Origin: Macrostomum lignano
Lineage: Eukaryota
Assembly (NCBI GenBank): GCA_002269645.1
Contig: NIVC01000622.1
Location: 62,001-126,000 of the forward strand
Direction: 5' to 3'
DNA length: 64,000 nt
Position 1 is the stretch's first letter; every line of letters starts with the position of its first letter. The position numbers and the translations under genes are program-made. This document shows, one piece after another, positions 50,367 through 61,200 of the stretch. The notes beneath the pieces were generated by a model, which made no database searches, was not told where the DNA came from, and saw only the letters and a program-made list of their open reading frames with translations.

Positions 50367-51887
50367 CTAGAGCCCAGGGCCATCAAGGAGACTTGGACAA
50401 CAGATCGTCCTCGTCCCAGGCCGCTGGGGCTTGACTGGGAGATGGGAGTTGGTCGACGTCCATGGCCTCCTCACCCCCACCGGCCCCCCAGCAGAGTCCT
50501 CAGGCTCCGATGACAGGATGGAGGAAGCTTCCTCATCTGCATCTTTACCTTCAGACCCCACCAGGGTGGCCGAGGAGAGCTCGGATTCCGAAGACCCGGC
50601 CTCGTCCTCAACTCCTTCTCCGACTGGCAGGTTTGGTTCCCGGGGCTTGGCCGGAGCCGTTACCACGGTCGCCGAACTGCTGCTAGCAGAGGGGCGAGAC
50701 GCAGCTTTGGCTTTGGGATCGGCTTGCGCCTTTCCTTGGGCCTTAGACTGCGCCCCGCTCTTGCCGGAGATGCCGGGGTTGGCAGTAGCCTTCCCTTTGG
50801 CAGACTTTCCTCGGCGCATCTTGAGCTTGAGGGCACCCAGCTGGAAAGAGGATCCATTAGGGTACCGACTCGCCCAAGTGCTGGAAAGGCCGAGGACAAT
50901 TGAGTTGCCCGACTCCCCCCTGCGGACTTTACGGTGATACACCAGTCCACTAGCAGGGAGGTCGGGGTTCAGACGCAGTAGGACCCGGCGAATAACGTCT
51001 GGTCCAGCTGCGGTGCTCTTAGCAGGGACGAAAACCACATAGGGTATCGTCTTTGGACGCTGGCCCTCGCGAAGAAAAAGAGCTCCGCCAAGGTCAGCAT
51101 CCAAGGAGACCATCGGCAGCCGCTGGAGCAGCTGCCGAGCGTCCTCCTCGCTGCTAGGAGCAATAAGAACGAATGTGCTTCGCAGCACCATCCGCTCAAT
51201 GCCGATGGAGATTCCCTCCTCGACAGTCAGCCCAATCAGATAGGAGTCAACAGCACTCCACACTTTTTGAAGCTGATCAGTGGTCCAGTCCTGGTCGCGA
51301 CCTTGGATGATCACTCCCGGGATTTTGGCCTTGGCCTTCGCCGCAAAGGTAGCTCCCGAAGGAACCTCCTTGTTGGCAGTGGCCATTTGTTGCACCGTGG
51401 TTTCGGCCTCAGCAGCCGCAGCAGCATCTCCAGGGAGCGCCGCCGCTGAACTACCGGAGCTTCCACCGGCCGGCCCGTCTGGTTGCCTTGGGACGCCAGT
51501 CGCTTCAGCATCCATGGTGGACGCCGCCGCTTTGGCCCCCGCAGCTCCCTTCTTGGCCTGCCTTTTGGCGCGTTGTTTAGCGCGTTTGCGCTCAAGCCGA
51601 GCCCGCTGAGCTTCATCGGATCTGCCAGATTTGGCCGGTCCTTTAGGCTCAGAGCTCGCGGTTCCCTTAGATCCACCAGCGGAGCTGGCAGGTCTTTGGG
51701 TATTATGAGTTTGGTAGCTCTGGTCGGATCTGCCAGCAGAGCCAGCCGGTCCTTCCTTTGCCACAGTTGAATCAGTCGGTTGGGATCTGCCAGCAGGGCC
51801 GGCCGGTCCTTCGGACTGAGGTTGGGGTTTAGAAGGGTCCCCGTCCCTAGAGTTAGCTTGATTATCCATAGACGGCTCGAAGGCCAT
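50367..51887 (-). CDS. LINE ORF1 (gag-like, low-complexity ends, no CCHC knuckle seen)
   Basis: Long ORF directly upstream of ORF2; basic coiled segment RARLERKRAKQRAKRQAKK and a folded core from ~VIIQGRDQ to KLKMRR. Probable 1 nt loss in the C6 run at 50484-50489. Confidence 0.85.
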   Translation of the reverse strand: MAFEPSMDNQANSRDGDPSKPQPQSEGPAGPAGRSQPTDSTVAKEGPAGSAGRSDQSYQTHNTQRPASSAGGSKGTASSEPKGPAKSGRSDEAQRARLERKRAKQRAKRQAKKGAAGAKAAASTMDAEATGVPRQPDGPAGGSSGSSAAALPGDAAAAAEAETTVQQMATANKEVPSGATFAAKAKAKIPGVIIQGRDQDWTTDQLQKVWSAVDSYLIGLTVEEGISIGIERMVLRSTFVLIAPSSEEDARQLLQRLPMVSLDADLGGALFLREGQRPKTIPYVVFVPAKSTAAGPDVIRRVLLRLNPDLPASGLVYHRKVRRGESGNSIVLGLSSTWASRYPNGSSFQLGALKLKMRRGKSAKGKATANPGISGKSGAQSKAQGKAQADPKAKAASRPSASSSSATVVTAPAKPREPNLPVGEGVEDEAGSSESELSSATLVGSEGKDADEEASSILSSEPEDSAGGPVGVRRPWTSTNSHLPVKPQRPGTRTICCPSLLDGPGL

Positions 51888-54180
51888 GATAAAAGGTTGG
51901 TGGGCTACCCTCAAAGGGGCGCGGTACCCACCCGGCCGCTCCACCTGACCGGGCAGTAGGCCAATAGCACCCTCAAGGCTGGCCCGACACCAGGAGGGGG
52001 ACCACTTGCGACCGGACTACTCCCCGGCCTTCCAGCCCATCGGCACGGTCAACACCTTAGGCATTAGAGAGTACGTTGAGCAGTACCACGGCCTGCAGGT
52101 TGGCGAGCCAGACCCGCATACCCAAATTCGGCCGAAGCCACTGGATAGGGTCGCCAGCGCCGGAGCCCAGTCTGTCCAGCAGCCCTAGGGACTGCCTTGA
52201 ACACACGCGGGGACGAGTACCCTGGGTCGACTAGCGAGACAGCGTGGGGGGGTCTGCGGCTGCCAAAGGCAAATAGAGGGTGCAGACCTCCCACCAGCCT
52301 TGACCTGCTGAAGATAGGGGCAGGCGTGAAGCATCGCAGACCTTAGCCCATGGGCCTAGTCTGTCGCATACTTCACTGGCATGCTGAATACGCCTTCGCG
52401 TGCACCAGCAGTTTTGTCAGGTATCGTCCATCTGAATTATAACACGATTAATGCCATTTTTGGCCAATTTGCTGAAAAGAAATTTAACTGTTTAAGTCGC
52501 TCAAACTAATTCAGCTCCTACCTGGCGGGTAGAAAAGCTCGTAGATGGAGTTTCTAAAATATCCACCACAGCGAGTCTGCGAGGCATTTCCGCTGCAATT
52601 TTTATTGCACTGGCTCTCAGGTGCGGGGCCGAGTGACCCATAGGTGGAATCACAGCAGCAGAAAGAGCCGTGGTTGACACCAAAGTAGCGAAACCGACCG
52701 AATGCGCAGATCCTGCTGCACATATCCAGTGTCATTGTGGAGAGTTGGACAAAGCCTCCACCATGAACTCCACCATCAGTTGAGTATGGGCCGATTGTCA
52801 GCAGCCCTTTTAGACCAAGAAGGTCCCGGTTGCTGTTATCGCCGTCTACGAAGCAGCCGATGTGGTTGAATCCAAGCGCCTGAGCGGGCACCGTCACAGC
52901 TGCACAGCTAGCAAGGCTGGCAGACAGCAGCACGACAGCGAGTTCATTTACAATTTTTTGCGTCATGGTTTTAGCGCACAGTCTGTATTTATTGTTCTAC
53001 ATTGATGCCTTTAGTGTGCAGTATTTGAAAAAAATGCTTTGCCTGACAACGTTGTCGTTGGCTAGCGAATTGTCTGACGAATGGAAACAGTATTGACTCC
53101 AACCCTTTGTTCAAACATAGGTCTAAATTTTCTGGTTTCTTTCTAAACCTTTGGAGTCAATGGTTATTTATTAGCAGGTAGGTAGCTCTGTTGATAATGA
53201 TGAATCGATGCTTCAGTTTGAGCAACTGTTTATTTGACAGCTTTGACATCAATTGCAACATTCTGATGGCGATGTATATGAGCTAAGAGCTTTTACAACT
53301 TGCATAAAGACATTTAAATATTTTGTTTTAACAAATCTATTTTTAAAAAATAAATAATTAGGTAACTACTCGCTTGGTTGATGAATAGAAACTGCTGCTC
53401 AGGGGGTTCATATTGGGTGCTTGGGAATGTTTACGAGCGGAAGTACCAATACACTAGAAAGAACTGTCTGAACTTCATGCGTTCCTGTGCTGGTTCGTGA
53501 ATGTAATAGAACTGATGAGCTTTAAACGAACTCTTGTACGAAGCTTTCCTCTAAAAATAAGGAAGCCAATTCAACCGACATCCCCGAGTCGGCCGAGTTC
53601 TGTTTGAAGTTATCGGATTGAAGAGCATCGCCATGCCTACTAGGACTGAAAGTGGCCGTCGCTATATTTTCACTGTGTCGCTATGGGAAGATTCAAAAGC
53701 ACCTGCAATCTCCAGAAGAAGACCCTAAAGGCAGGAGACCGTAAAATGTAATTCCGCAATGGCGATAAATAACCGTGCTGGTAGTTCTCTCGTCGCTTAC
53801 CTTGAAGGCGGCCTGCAACTGGCCAGCTTGCGCCACGTCAACTTTCTGTTCTAGCGAGTTCGGTCAGCGTCCAGGTCTGTGCGGCGAAGCAGGATCGCCT
53901 CGACCACCGCCTGGAAGAACGCAACCAACTAGCGATCAGGTAGGGTCTTGGACTGCAGTGCCACCTCAGAATGAAAGACAGGCAGAACCTCACGGACGTC
54001 GGGAACCAGACAGAACTCTCAGTACTCTCAATGCACTGAAATCTCATTAGGGCTGTGGTTTTTATCCAACCAGATCGTTTCTAGAAAACCGGCATAAAAG
54101 CACACACCGACAAGTTTTCATATCTTGCTACAACTAGTCTGAGCAACAGCTGAACTGAAATCAAACCTACTCAAGTAGCT

Positions 54181-54893
54181 ATGCTCAAGACCATCGCCTG
54201 CATTGTGGGTCTCGCCGTCCCGGTGCTTTGTGTTGCCGGTAGAGTAACTCAGATGTCCTACATTGGCTGCTATATAGACGGTGAGACTAGAGACATGAAA
54301 GGACTCTCTGGAGTGAGCAAAATTGGACAGTTTAGCACGTCCGGCATCGCTGTGAGCAGTGCCAGTATGACGCACGAGCTCTGCAGCAGCGTCTGCTCTT
54401 TGGGCGGCTTCCCGTACTTCGGTATTCAGCTCAGTGAGCAGTGCATGTGCAGCACCTCCTACGGATCTCTGGGAGCTGCTAGCGAGACCGACTGCAACCG
54501 CTTTTGCACTGGGAACGGAGCTTCTAAATGCGGAGGCATGTGGCGCAATTCCGTATTTGCTTTGACCTATCCGAGTAAGTTTTTATTACAACGTTTTTAT
54601 TAGAGTTTTCACATGTAATTTCGGCACATTTTGTAAAAGTTTGTGTAATTCTTTTAGAGAAACAGTACTTTGAGCAGTCGCAGAGGCCCACCCAGACGGT
54701 GGAGTCCATCCACAGCACCTACTGGACCAGCGCTGCCCGAACCGACATCGAGTGCATGGGGCTGTGCGAAGCCTCAGCTGCCTGCCAGGCTGTGATTTTC
54801 TCTGGCCAGCAGCGCCTGTGCCACCTACTGAGGTTCGCCTACCCGCCTGCCAGTCTGGGCAGCACCGATGGAGACTTCTTTGCTCGTGGCTGA
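54181..54893 (+). CDS. Secreted WSC + PAN/apple protein 2 (209 aa, intact)
   Basis: Exon 54181-54574 (signal peptide, 8-Cys WSC), phase-1 intron 54575-54657, exon 54658-54893 (IECMGLCEASAACQAVIFSGQQRLCHLL). Confidence 0.92.
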
Positions 54894-56021
54894 CTGACTT
54901 TTGATTCTGGCAGCCCATGGATTGGATGTGAAAAAGAAACCAACTAATTGTTCAGTTTAGGGGAAAATAATTGTATCAAAATTGGCTTTGAAAAAAATAA
55001 GCTTCTGATTTAAAAATTGATGTAATATTTTATCAGCTTTACATAGACTGCCCTGTCCATTTTCAAAATATGTACCGTGCTTACTGCTACTAGAGACTTA
55101 ATTCGAGTGTACTTCGTATTTTATAGCGAACTACTCTACAAGTAAGATTAAATAATAACTAGGGTTTCTTTGTTTCTAAGTTTCTTTGTTATATTCAAGT
55201 TATTTTCTCTGGTCACAATAAAAAGTACAAGCTAAATATTTAATTAAAGAACCCTGGTTGAATTATATTTCAACGATTCAACGAAGTTTTTGAACGCTTA
55301 TTTAGGACTGATACGAGTATGCATTTCTGTTTCCGACTGGGTTTTTTCTTCATTCAAATTGGTGCGTGGCTGTCAGCAGATTGATGTGACAGCGTGGCAT
55401 GCGCAGGGTTGCAACCGTTTTGCTTGCAAAATGCAAATGAAAATAATTGGAATGAAAGATTAGCGAGTGATGTGGCTGGGCTCCTCAGCGGCAGCTCATT
55501 AGTTCCAAGTTGGTTTGCTATTGTAAAGCAGATATTGTATTATATTATATTATACCATTTATATTATATTACTGTCCTAAAGACTTGCGCAGTCAGGAAA
55601 ATAAAATCCCTACTTCAAAAAATTACGGTGCAAAGCAGACCAGACCCGTATTAGTAAAAGCAAAAAATTCAATGATCTCCAAATCATCTTTCAGTTATTT
55701 TCCGCCACGCTGTCGATGAAGAACGGACTCAGCTGGACTCAGCTAGGTAGTCTGGCAGTTCAGGCATCATAAATAATGAATAGGCTCCTAGGATGGGGGC
55801 TGCAGCTGAGCTCAGCATCGCAGTTTAGCCTGTTCAGAAGTTTCAGTTGATGGATAGACCAGCAACAGTGTTCTTTTTTGCAAAGCTTTTTTCACGGGCT
55901 TATGCTTCTAGAAGTCCTAATCTAGGGACCTGACCAGTGAATGGCTCTGACGTTTTTTTGCGGAAAAATTACCGGCAGATTTAAAATCCAGTTTGCACTT
56001 TCGTGAGCATGCTGCTACCTC

Positions 56022-56240
56022 AGGTACTTCTGTGGGCATTGCTATTCTCGCAGGTAATTATGTGGGCATTGCTGTTCTCGCAGGTAATTCTGTGGGCATT
56101 GCTGTTTTTGCAGGTAATTCTGTGGGCATTGCTATTCTCGCAGGTAATTCTGTGGGCATTGCTGTTCTCGCAGGTAATTCTGTGGGCATTGCTGTTCTCG
56201 CAGGTAATTCTGTGGGCATTGCTGTTTTTGCAGGTAATTC
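56022..56240. repeat. 30 bp minisatellite CAGGTAATTCTGTGGGCATTGCTGTTCTCG, ~7 copies
   Basis: Direct reading. Confidence 0.95.
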
Positions 56241-56854
56241 TGTGCTTCAGGGCTCCTGAGATACAGCAGCTTATTAATCCTTGGTATTATTATATTTTAT
56301 GACATTATAATTTTCTGCTAAATCCCTAGACAGCCAGGCAAATAAAATATTTTTACGCTCGTAAATGACAGTCAAAAAAGCATGACAAGCGAGACCCGGA
56401 GCAATAAAAGCAGAAAAAAAAATTTATGATGACCAATTCATTTTTCAGTTTATCCCTCTCGGACTGAATAGGTAGCCGGGTATTTCATGCAGAGGGAAGC
56501 GCCGTCACAACGGTACGCATTCGCGATGTTTTGAGTGGGGAGGCAGCCCCTGATAGGGTGCAGCCCAAAAGCGCTAAACTTGCTAGTAGCTGGTTGCTAA
56601 GGTAATCCGCTCTGCCCTAGCAGGGGTGGCGGAGTTTAGCCCATTCGTTAAGATGGATGCGGCTCTCCCCTTTCCCAAGCCTCTGTACCTCACAGTACAT
56701 CGTAGTGCCTGGGTGCTAAAATGAGTGCCTGGGGCGCAAAATAAGTACCTGGGGCGCTAAAATGAGTGCCTGGGGCGCTAAAATGAGTGCATGCGGCGCT
56801 AAAATGAGTGCCTGTGGCGCTTTACAGAATGAGTGCTGACAAGAGTAAATTGAG

Positions 56855-57138
56855 CTCATTAGTGCACTGGATTTTATTAAACCAGATCGTTTCTAAAAAA
56901 CCTATACAAAAACACAAAGATAAGTTTTCATCTTTTAGCAGAGCTGAATCCCATCTACCCAAGTAACTATGCTCAAGACCATAGTCTGCATTGTGGGTCT
57001 CGCCGTCCCCGTGCTTTGTGTTGCCCGTAGAATAACTCAGGTGTCCTACATTGGCCACTATGTAGACGGTGAGGCTTGAAACATGAAAGTACTCACTGGA
57101 GTGAGCAGAATCGGACGGTTTAGCATCGACGGCCCCGA
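56855..57138 (+). pseudogene. 5' fragment copy of WSC-PAN gene 2 (upstream region plus start of exon 1)
   Basis: Homologous to ~54040-54345; ATG 56969, first WSC Cys changed to His, premature TGA at 57077-57079, homology lost after ~57138. Confidence 0.85.
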
Positions 57139-57596
57139 TGTGGGAGTATGACGCTGACGCTTGAGAAGCCACTGATACGTCTAGGGCATACGATCTGTGG
57201 TCTAAGGTAGACTTGAAGACAGTTTCACAATATACATGTGACACTGTACTTGTACTTTGCTAAATTTAATTGTTTTAAATTTATAAAAAGTCACTCAAGA
57301 TATCCCATGAATGCGATTTGCGTACTCAAAAGCCGATGCTTACTTTTTGATTGCCTGATGGAAAACTTTACATCTGTTTATGGAAATAACGATCGAAATT
57401 GAATCTTATATATTTAATGACTCAACGACAACGACTGTGAACTACACAGTTTCTTCAACTTTTTCCAGTTGGAGCATCTTAGACTTCCAGCTTCATCAAG
57501 ACTCAGTCAGCCTCACAGCTTCATCCAGACCCAGTCAGCCTCCCAGCTTGATCCAGAACTACTTAGCCTCACAGCTTCATCTAGAACCACTCAGCC

Positions 57597-58244
57597 TCAC
57601 AGCTTCATCCAGACCCACTCAGCCTCGCTAGCCACCTCAGTGGGCACAGCGGTGAACCTCAGCAGGTGGCATACACGGTTCGAAGACACAAAGGCGCAGC
57701 CCTGACAGTCCCCTCTCTGGTAGCAGGCGGCAGCGCACTCGATGGCACTCAAAGCAAAGACGCTGCGGTGGGTGATGAAGCTTAAGTAAGCCATGATGGC
57801 AGGCATTGCAGCGACCTTGGTTTTCAACATCGAATGGTCAACTGCGGGTAATCGTTTTTTTCGTGGTTGCCGTTTAAAGTGTCATTTCACAGGGCATTCT
57901 ATCTGACATTCGCTGGCAGGCGCGGCACCCAGAGAGCCGTAGGCGGAGCCGCAGCTGCAGTAAATTCCGTTCTGAGCTCCGAAGTAGTGAAAGCGGCCAT
58001 AGGCGCAGATCTTAGCGCACATCTGCAGCGTCATGGCGGTCTCTCTGACCACAGCTGGATAGCCAGATACCGTAGCGAACGGACCAACCGTGACAATCCC
58101 GACCAAACCGCGCAGGTCCCGGCTGTAGCCGCTGCTGTCAATAAAACAGCCGATGTGATTTATGGTCACAACATTTTGCTGTACTGCGACACCAACTCTG
58201 GTCCAAATCAGAAGGAAAATGAGTTGACCAGCTTTCGACAGCAT
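57597..58244 (-). pseudogene. WSC + PAN/apple gene 3 with truncated WSC exon (probably defective)
   Basis: Exon 1 from MLSKAGQ... ends CQIECPVK* and lacks GN...CGG.RNS.Y.P and the phase-1 donor. The PAN exon after CCCGCAG needs a phase-1 donor and ends TEVASEAEWVWMKL*. Confidence 0.75.
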
Positions 58245-61200
58245 TTTATCTTTAAAAAGGAGGGAGCGCTTTGTTTTCAGTTGGATTGTCAATGATTTTT
58301 ATATTCATCGTTGTGCCGGTAACCATGGAATTAATTTTCTAGATGCATAGGTCCACTGGCCTATTGTCCCACACCATAGGGAGGCTGTTGGCTCAAGACT
58401 CTAGCACGATTTTGCTTCATGCCGTTCCTGTTGTGTAGGTCACGATTTCTTCATAATTTCCAGAAATCAGCTTCTAAACAAAGCTTGAAGCGGATTAAAA
58501 CAGCAAGAGATTTTCTTCCGGTATTTTTTACTTTCAAAACAAGACCACCAGTTTTTTGCAGGTGTTTACAGGGCTTCTCCGCGTCAAACGTGAGTTTAAA
58601 CGCTGCAAGATTTTATTTATTTATAGGGACTAAAACTGAAGCTGTTGTATACTGTTTTTGTGTAGTGGGTAGCACGTAAAATCTACTACTACTGCAAACT
58701 CATGCAGGTTAGAAGAAAACCCTAAGCAAAGATTGATGACAAGCCTTGCCGATTCTATACAAAAATTCTGATCCCAGGGCACTTGCTGTATTGACGTGGT
58801 GCATTAAACCATTCACAAGACAATTACATCATAGCCCGATTGGTAAACATACGCAAAATTGCATTGGAAGCTCGCCTGCCACCGGCTTGTCTTCTCTACC
58901 AGCCAATCGTTCCAGACACAGTACTCACACTCTCATAGAGCGAGGCTGAATGCTACGAAATATTGCTTGTACCACGAAAATCTTCAAAGAATTCTGGCGC
59001 TCTGCTAAGAGACAATGTCTTAGAGTAAACTTCACTTAACCATTCTGGCAAAATGAAATTTCAGCGCAAATTCAATACTGCTACTCAGTAGTAATATAAG
59101 CGCTCTGGAAATTTAAGAAAATAGAAGCCGAAAATTTGAGAATCAGAAGCGCGATTAACAAGAATAGACGTAATTCAGAAGTAATTGCTTTAATATAAAT
59201 ATACGCAAAGTTCGTTCAAGATGAGTTGTTAAGTATTTTTATGTATCATTTGAATGTATGTGCTTTTTATAATGTATCCTGCGTTCCTGGAAACTATCTA
59301 TTAATTATTTTAGTCAGTGTTTATTTAGTAGTGTGTTTTCTTTTCCGCGATACTTACTGTACGTACTTTATTGCTATTGTTTTACTGTATGTTAATTCCT
59401 ATTGTATTTGAAACGCGAATGCGCTGTGTTTGGTGTTAGGGTTCCTAGGCGCCGTGGTAGTTGTAGAGTAGCGTAGTCATTCCAGAATTCGCGTCCATCC
59501 AGTTTAAATAAAATATCTAATTACTTTTTCTGCAAAAATAGATTAAACAAATATATATGAAATAAATAAGGGCGCATTTCACCCACCAAGCAAGGACGCA
59601 TTTATTCATTCATCTGTCATCACAACAAATATTGTTTAAATTTTTCGACTTTAAGGAAGTTTATTTTACAGAGTTACAATTCAAATTTAATTCTTCAAAT
59701 GAGGTTTAGCTAGTTTATTATCTGCTATGATCGAATTCTTGATACGATATATATATATATTTACCTTTTTTAGGTAGCAAAAAACTGTTTGAAAAACTTC
59801 CCACTAGTTTGTACTGACTTACGTGTATAAAATCCACTAATAATCCAAATAAGGCAAATCCTGCAAAGTGATAGTTCAGACACTATTGGTCCTTGAAGAC
59901 AGCCATCAGACATTATGGCGGGATTTTGTCAAAGAAATTCCCGGCCCCATAAGCCTGAAAATCTCATCAATTCCTCCCATCAGCCACAGCATTTTAATAA
60001 TAACCCAATTAACCTTGACAATTCATGAATTCTCCATGACATCTTAGCAATTCAACCCATAAGCCTTAACCACTCAGCATTTCACTTTCTCTGAGCCCTA
60101 AGAAACCCAAAAAATTTATGTGGGACTGACATGGCACTTTTTAGGCTTGCCATGGCGCAGTTTTAAGAAGTAAAAATACAGAAAGCCACTGTTAATGCCG
60201 AATTCTGGGCAATTCTGGGCGATTCTCAATTATTCTTGCGCAGAATTGTCTTTACAAGAAACTGCAGCAGAAATCAAACGGTTTTAACAGAGCCTATCTG
60301 CTACAGTCATCGCTACGAGATCGAAACGAATGAGCCTAGAAAAGTTGTCGGCGAGAGGAAGTGGCAACAGGAGGAAATGCTGCTTTCCTGGTTCAGCCAC
60401 GGCCAACAAGCGAAGAAATGTACGAGTATTTTTAGCTGGGGCAAACAATGTCCGCTCCTTGTCGCACAGATCTGAAAGGAGGGAAGCCTATAGAATCGGC
60501 ATCAGCTTCGCAGCTTCCTGAGAAAAAAAACCTTCTCTCTCGCGGCTTAATTGTCAGAGAGACAAAGATTCGGAGCGAAGACACAAAACAATTTCCGTTG
60601 ATTGTCTTGTAAGAAGCAAGAAGATGGAGCAATAATTTTTAGCTCGCAGCAGTCAGAGTGGCTGAGCTCAGGCTGAACTGCTTTGCTCAGCCCAGTGTTC
60701 AAAGTGAGTCAAAATTCACAGTAGCTAAAACCTGAAATGAAAAATAGAAACAGGACCAAGCAATCAAGCAGTCTTATTTAAACAAAATATGTAGTTCTTA
60801 GCCTACATAACTACTTATACTATGGTAAATAAAAAGCGCGTTCTTTAAGAACTTCACAAGGGCGCTAGAATAATTCAGAGTGACGATGACGATCCTCGAA
60901 TGAGCAGGCTGTCGCGATTGGAGCCGCAGTGTGAGATACTTTTTATGGGCCAATCGCTCATGAGCTCGATGATGCTCAGGTGAAAGCAGCGAAGATGACC
61001 GAGAGGAAGGTAGAGTTTTTAGTATCCAGGAGCATGTTGAGCTGTCTGCAACTGCATAAAAGACAAAATATTAATGAAAATTCCAAGTGCGCTATTTGGA
61101 TTTCGAATACAAAAACTTTTAGAAAATTTTCAATCTGAACTATAGAACGGAATTTACTGATAAGTCAATTGTATTCCTGACCTGAAAACTATCGATACAA

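Larger units (their letters stand above)
46509..52402 (-). mobile_element. Full-length non-LTR retrotransposon (I superfamily, Loa/Lian-like), ~5.9 kb
   Basis: 12 bp target-site duplication CACCAGCAGTTT at 46497-46508 and 52403-52414; ~500 nt 5' UTR; ORF1; ORF2 with APE-RT-RNase H-CCHC; short TAAGTCAAG tandem 3' tail. Confidence 0.93.
46299..52966 (-). pseudogene. Secreted WSC + PAN/apple gene 1, interrupted in exon 2 by a LINE
   Basis: Exon 1 52966-52522 (signal peptide, WSC: HIGCFVD...MTLDMCSRICAFGRFRYFGVNHGSFCCC...CSGNASQTRCGGYFRNSIY). Exon 2 begins at 52431 (DGRYLTKLLV) and continues in frame at 46496-46299 (SAVPN...CAAACERSPDCQGCAFVSSSRMCRLL) once the insert is removed. Confidence 0.88.

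Noticed and set aside
46851-52294. Many antisense and alternate-frame ORFs over the LINE
   Set aside because: Shadow ORFs of GC-rich ORF1/ORF2.
53500-53545. Hammerhead-like CTGATGAG...GAAC
   Set aside because: Stem II does not pair and the GAAA core is missing.
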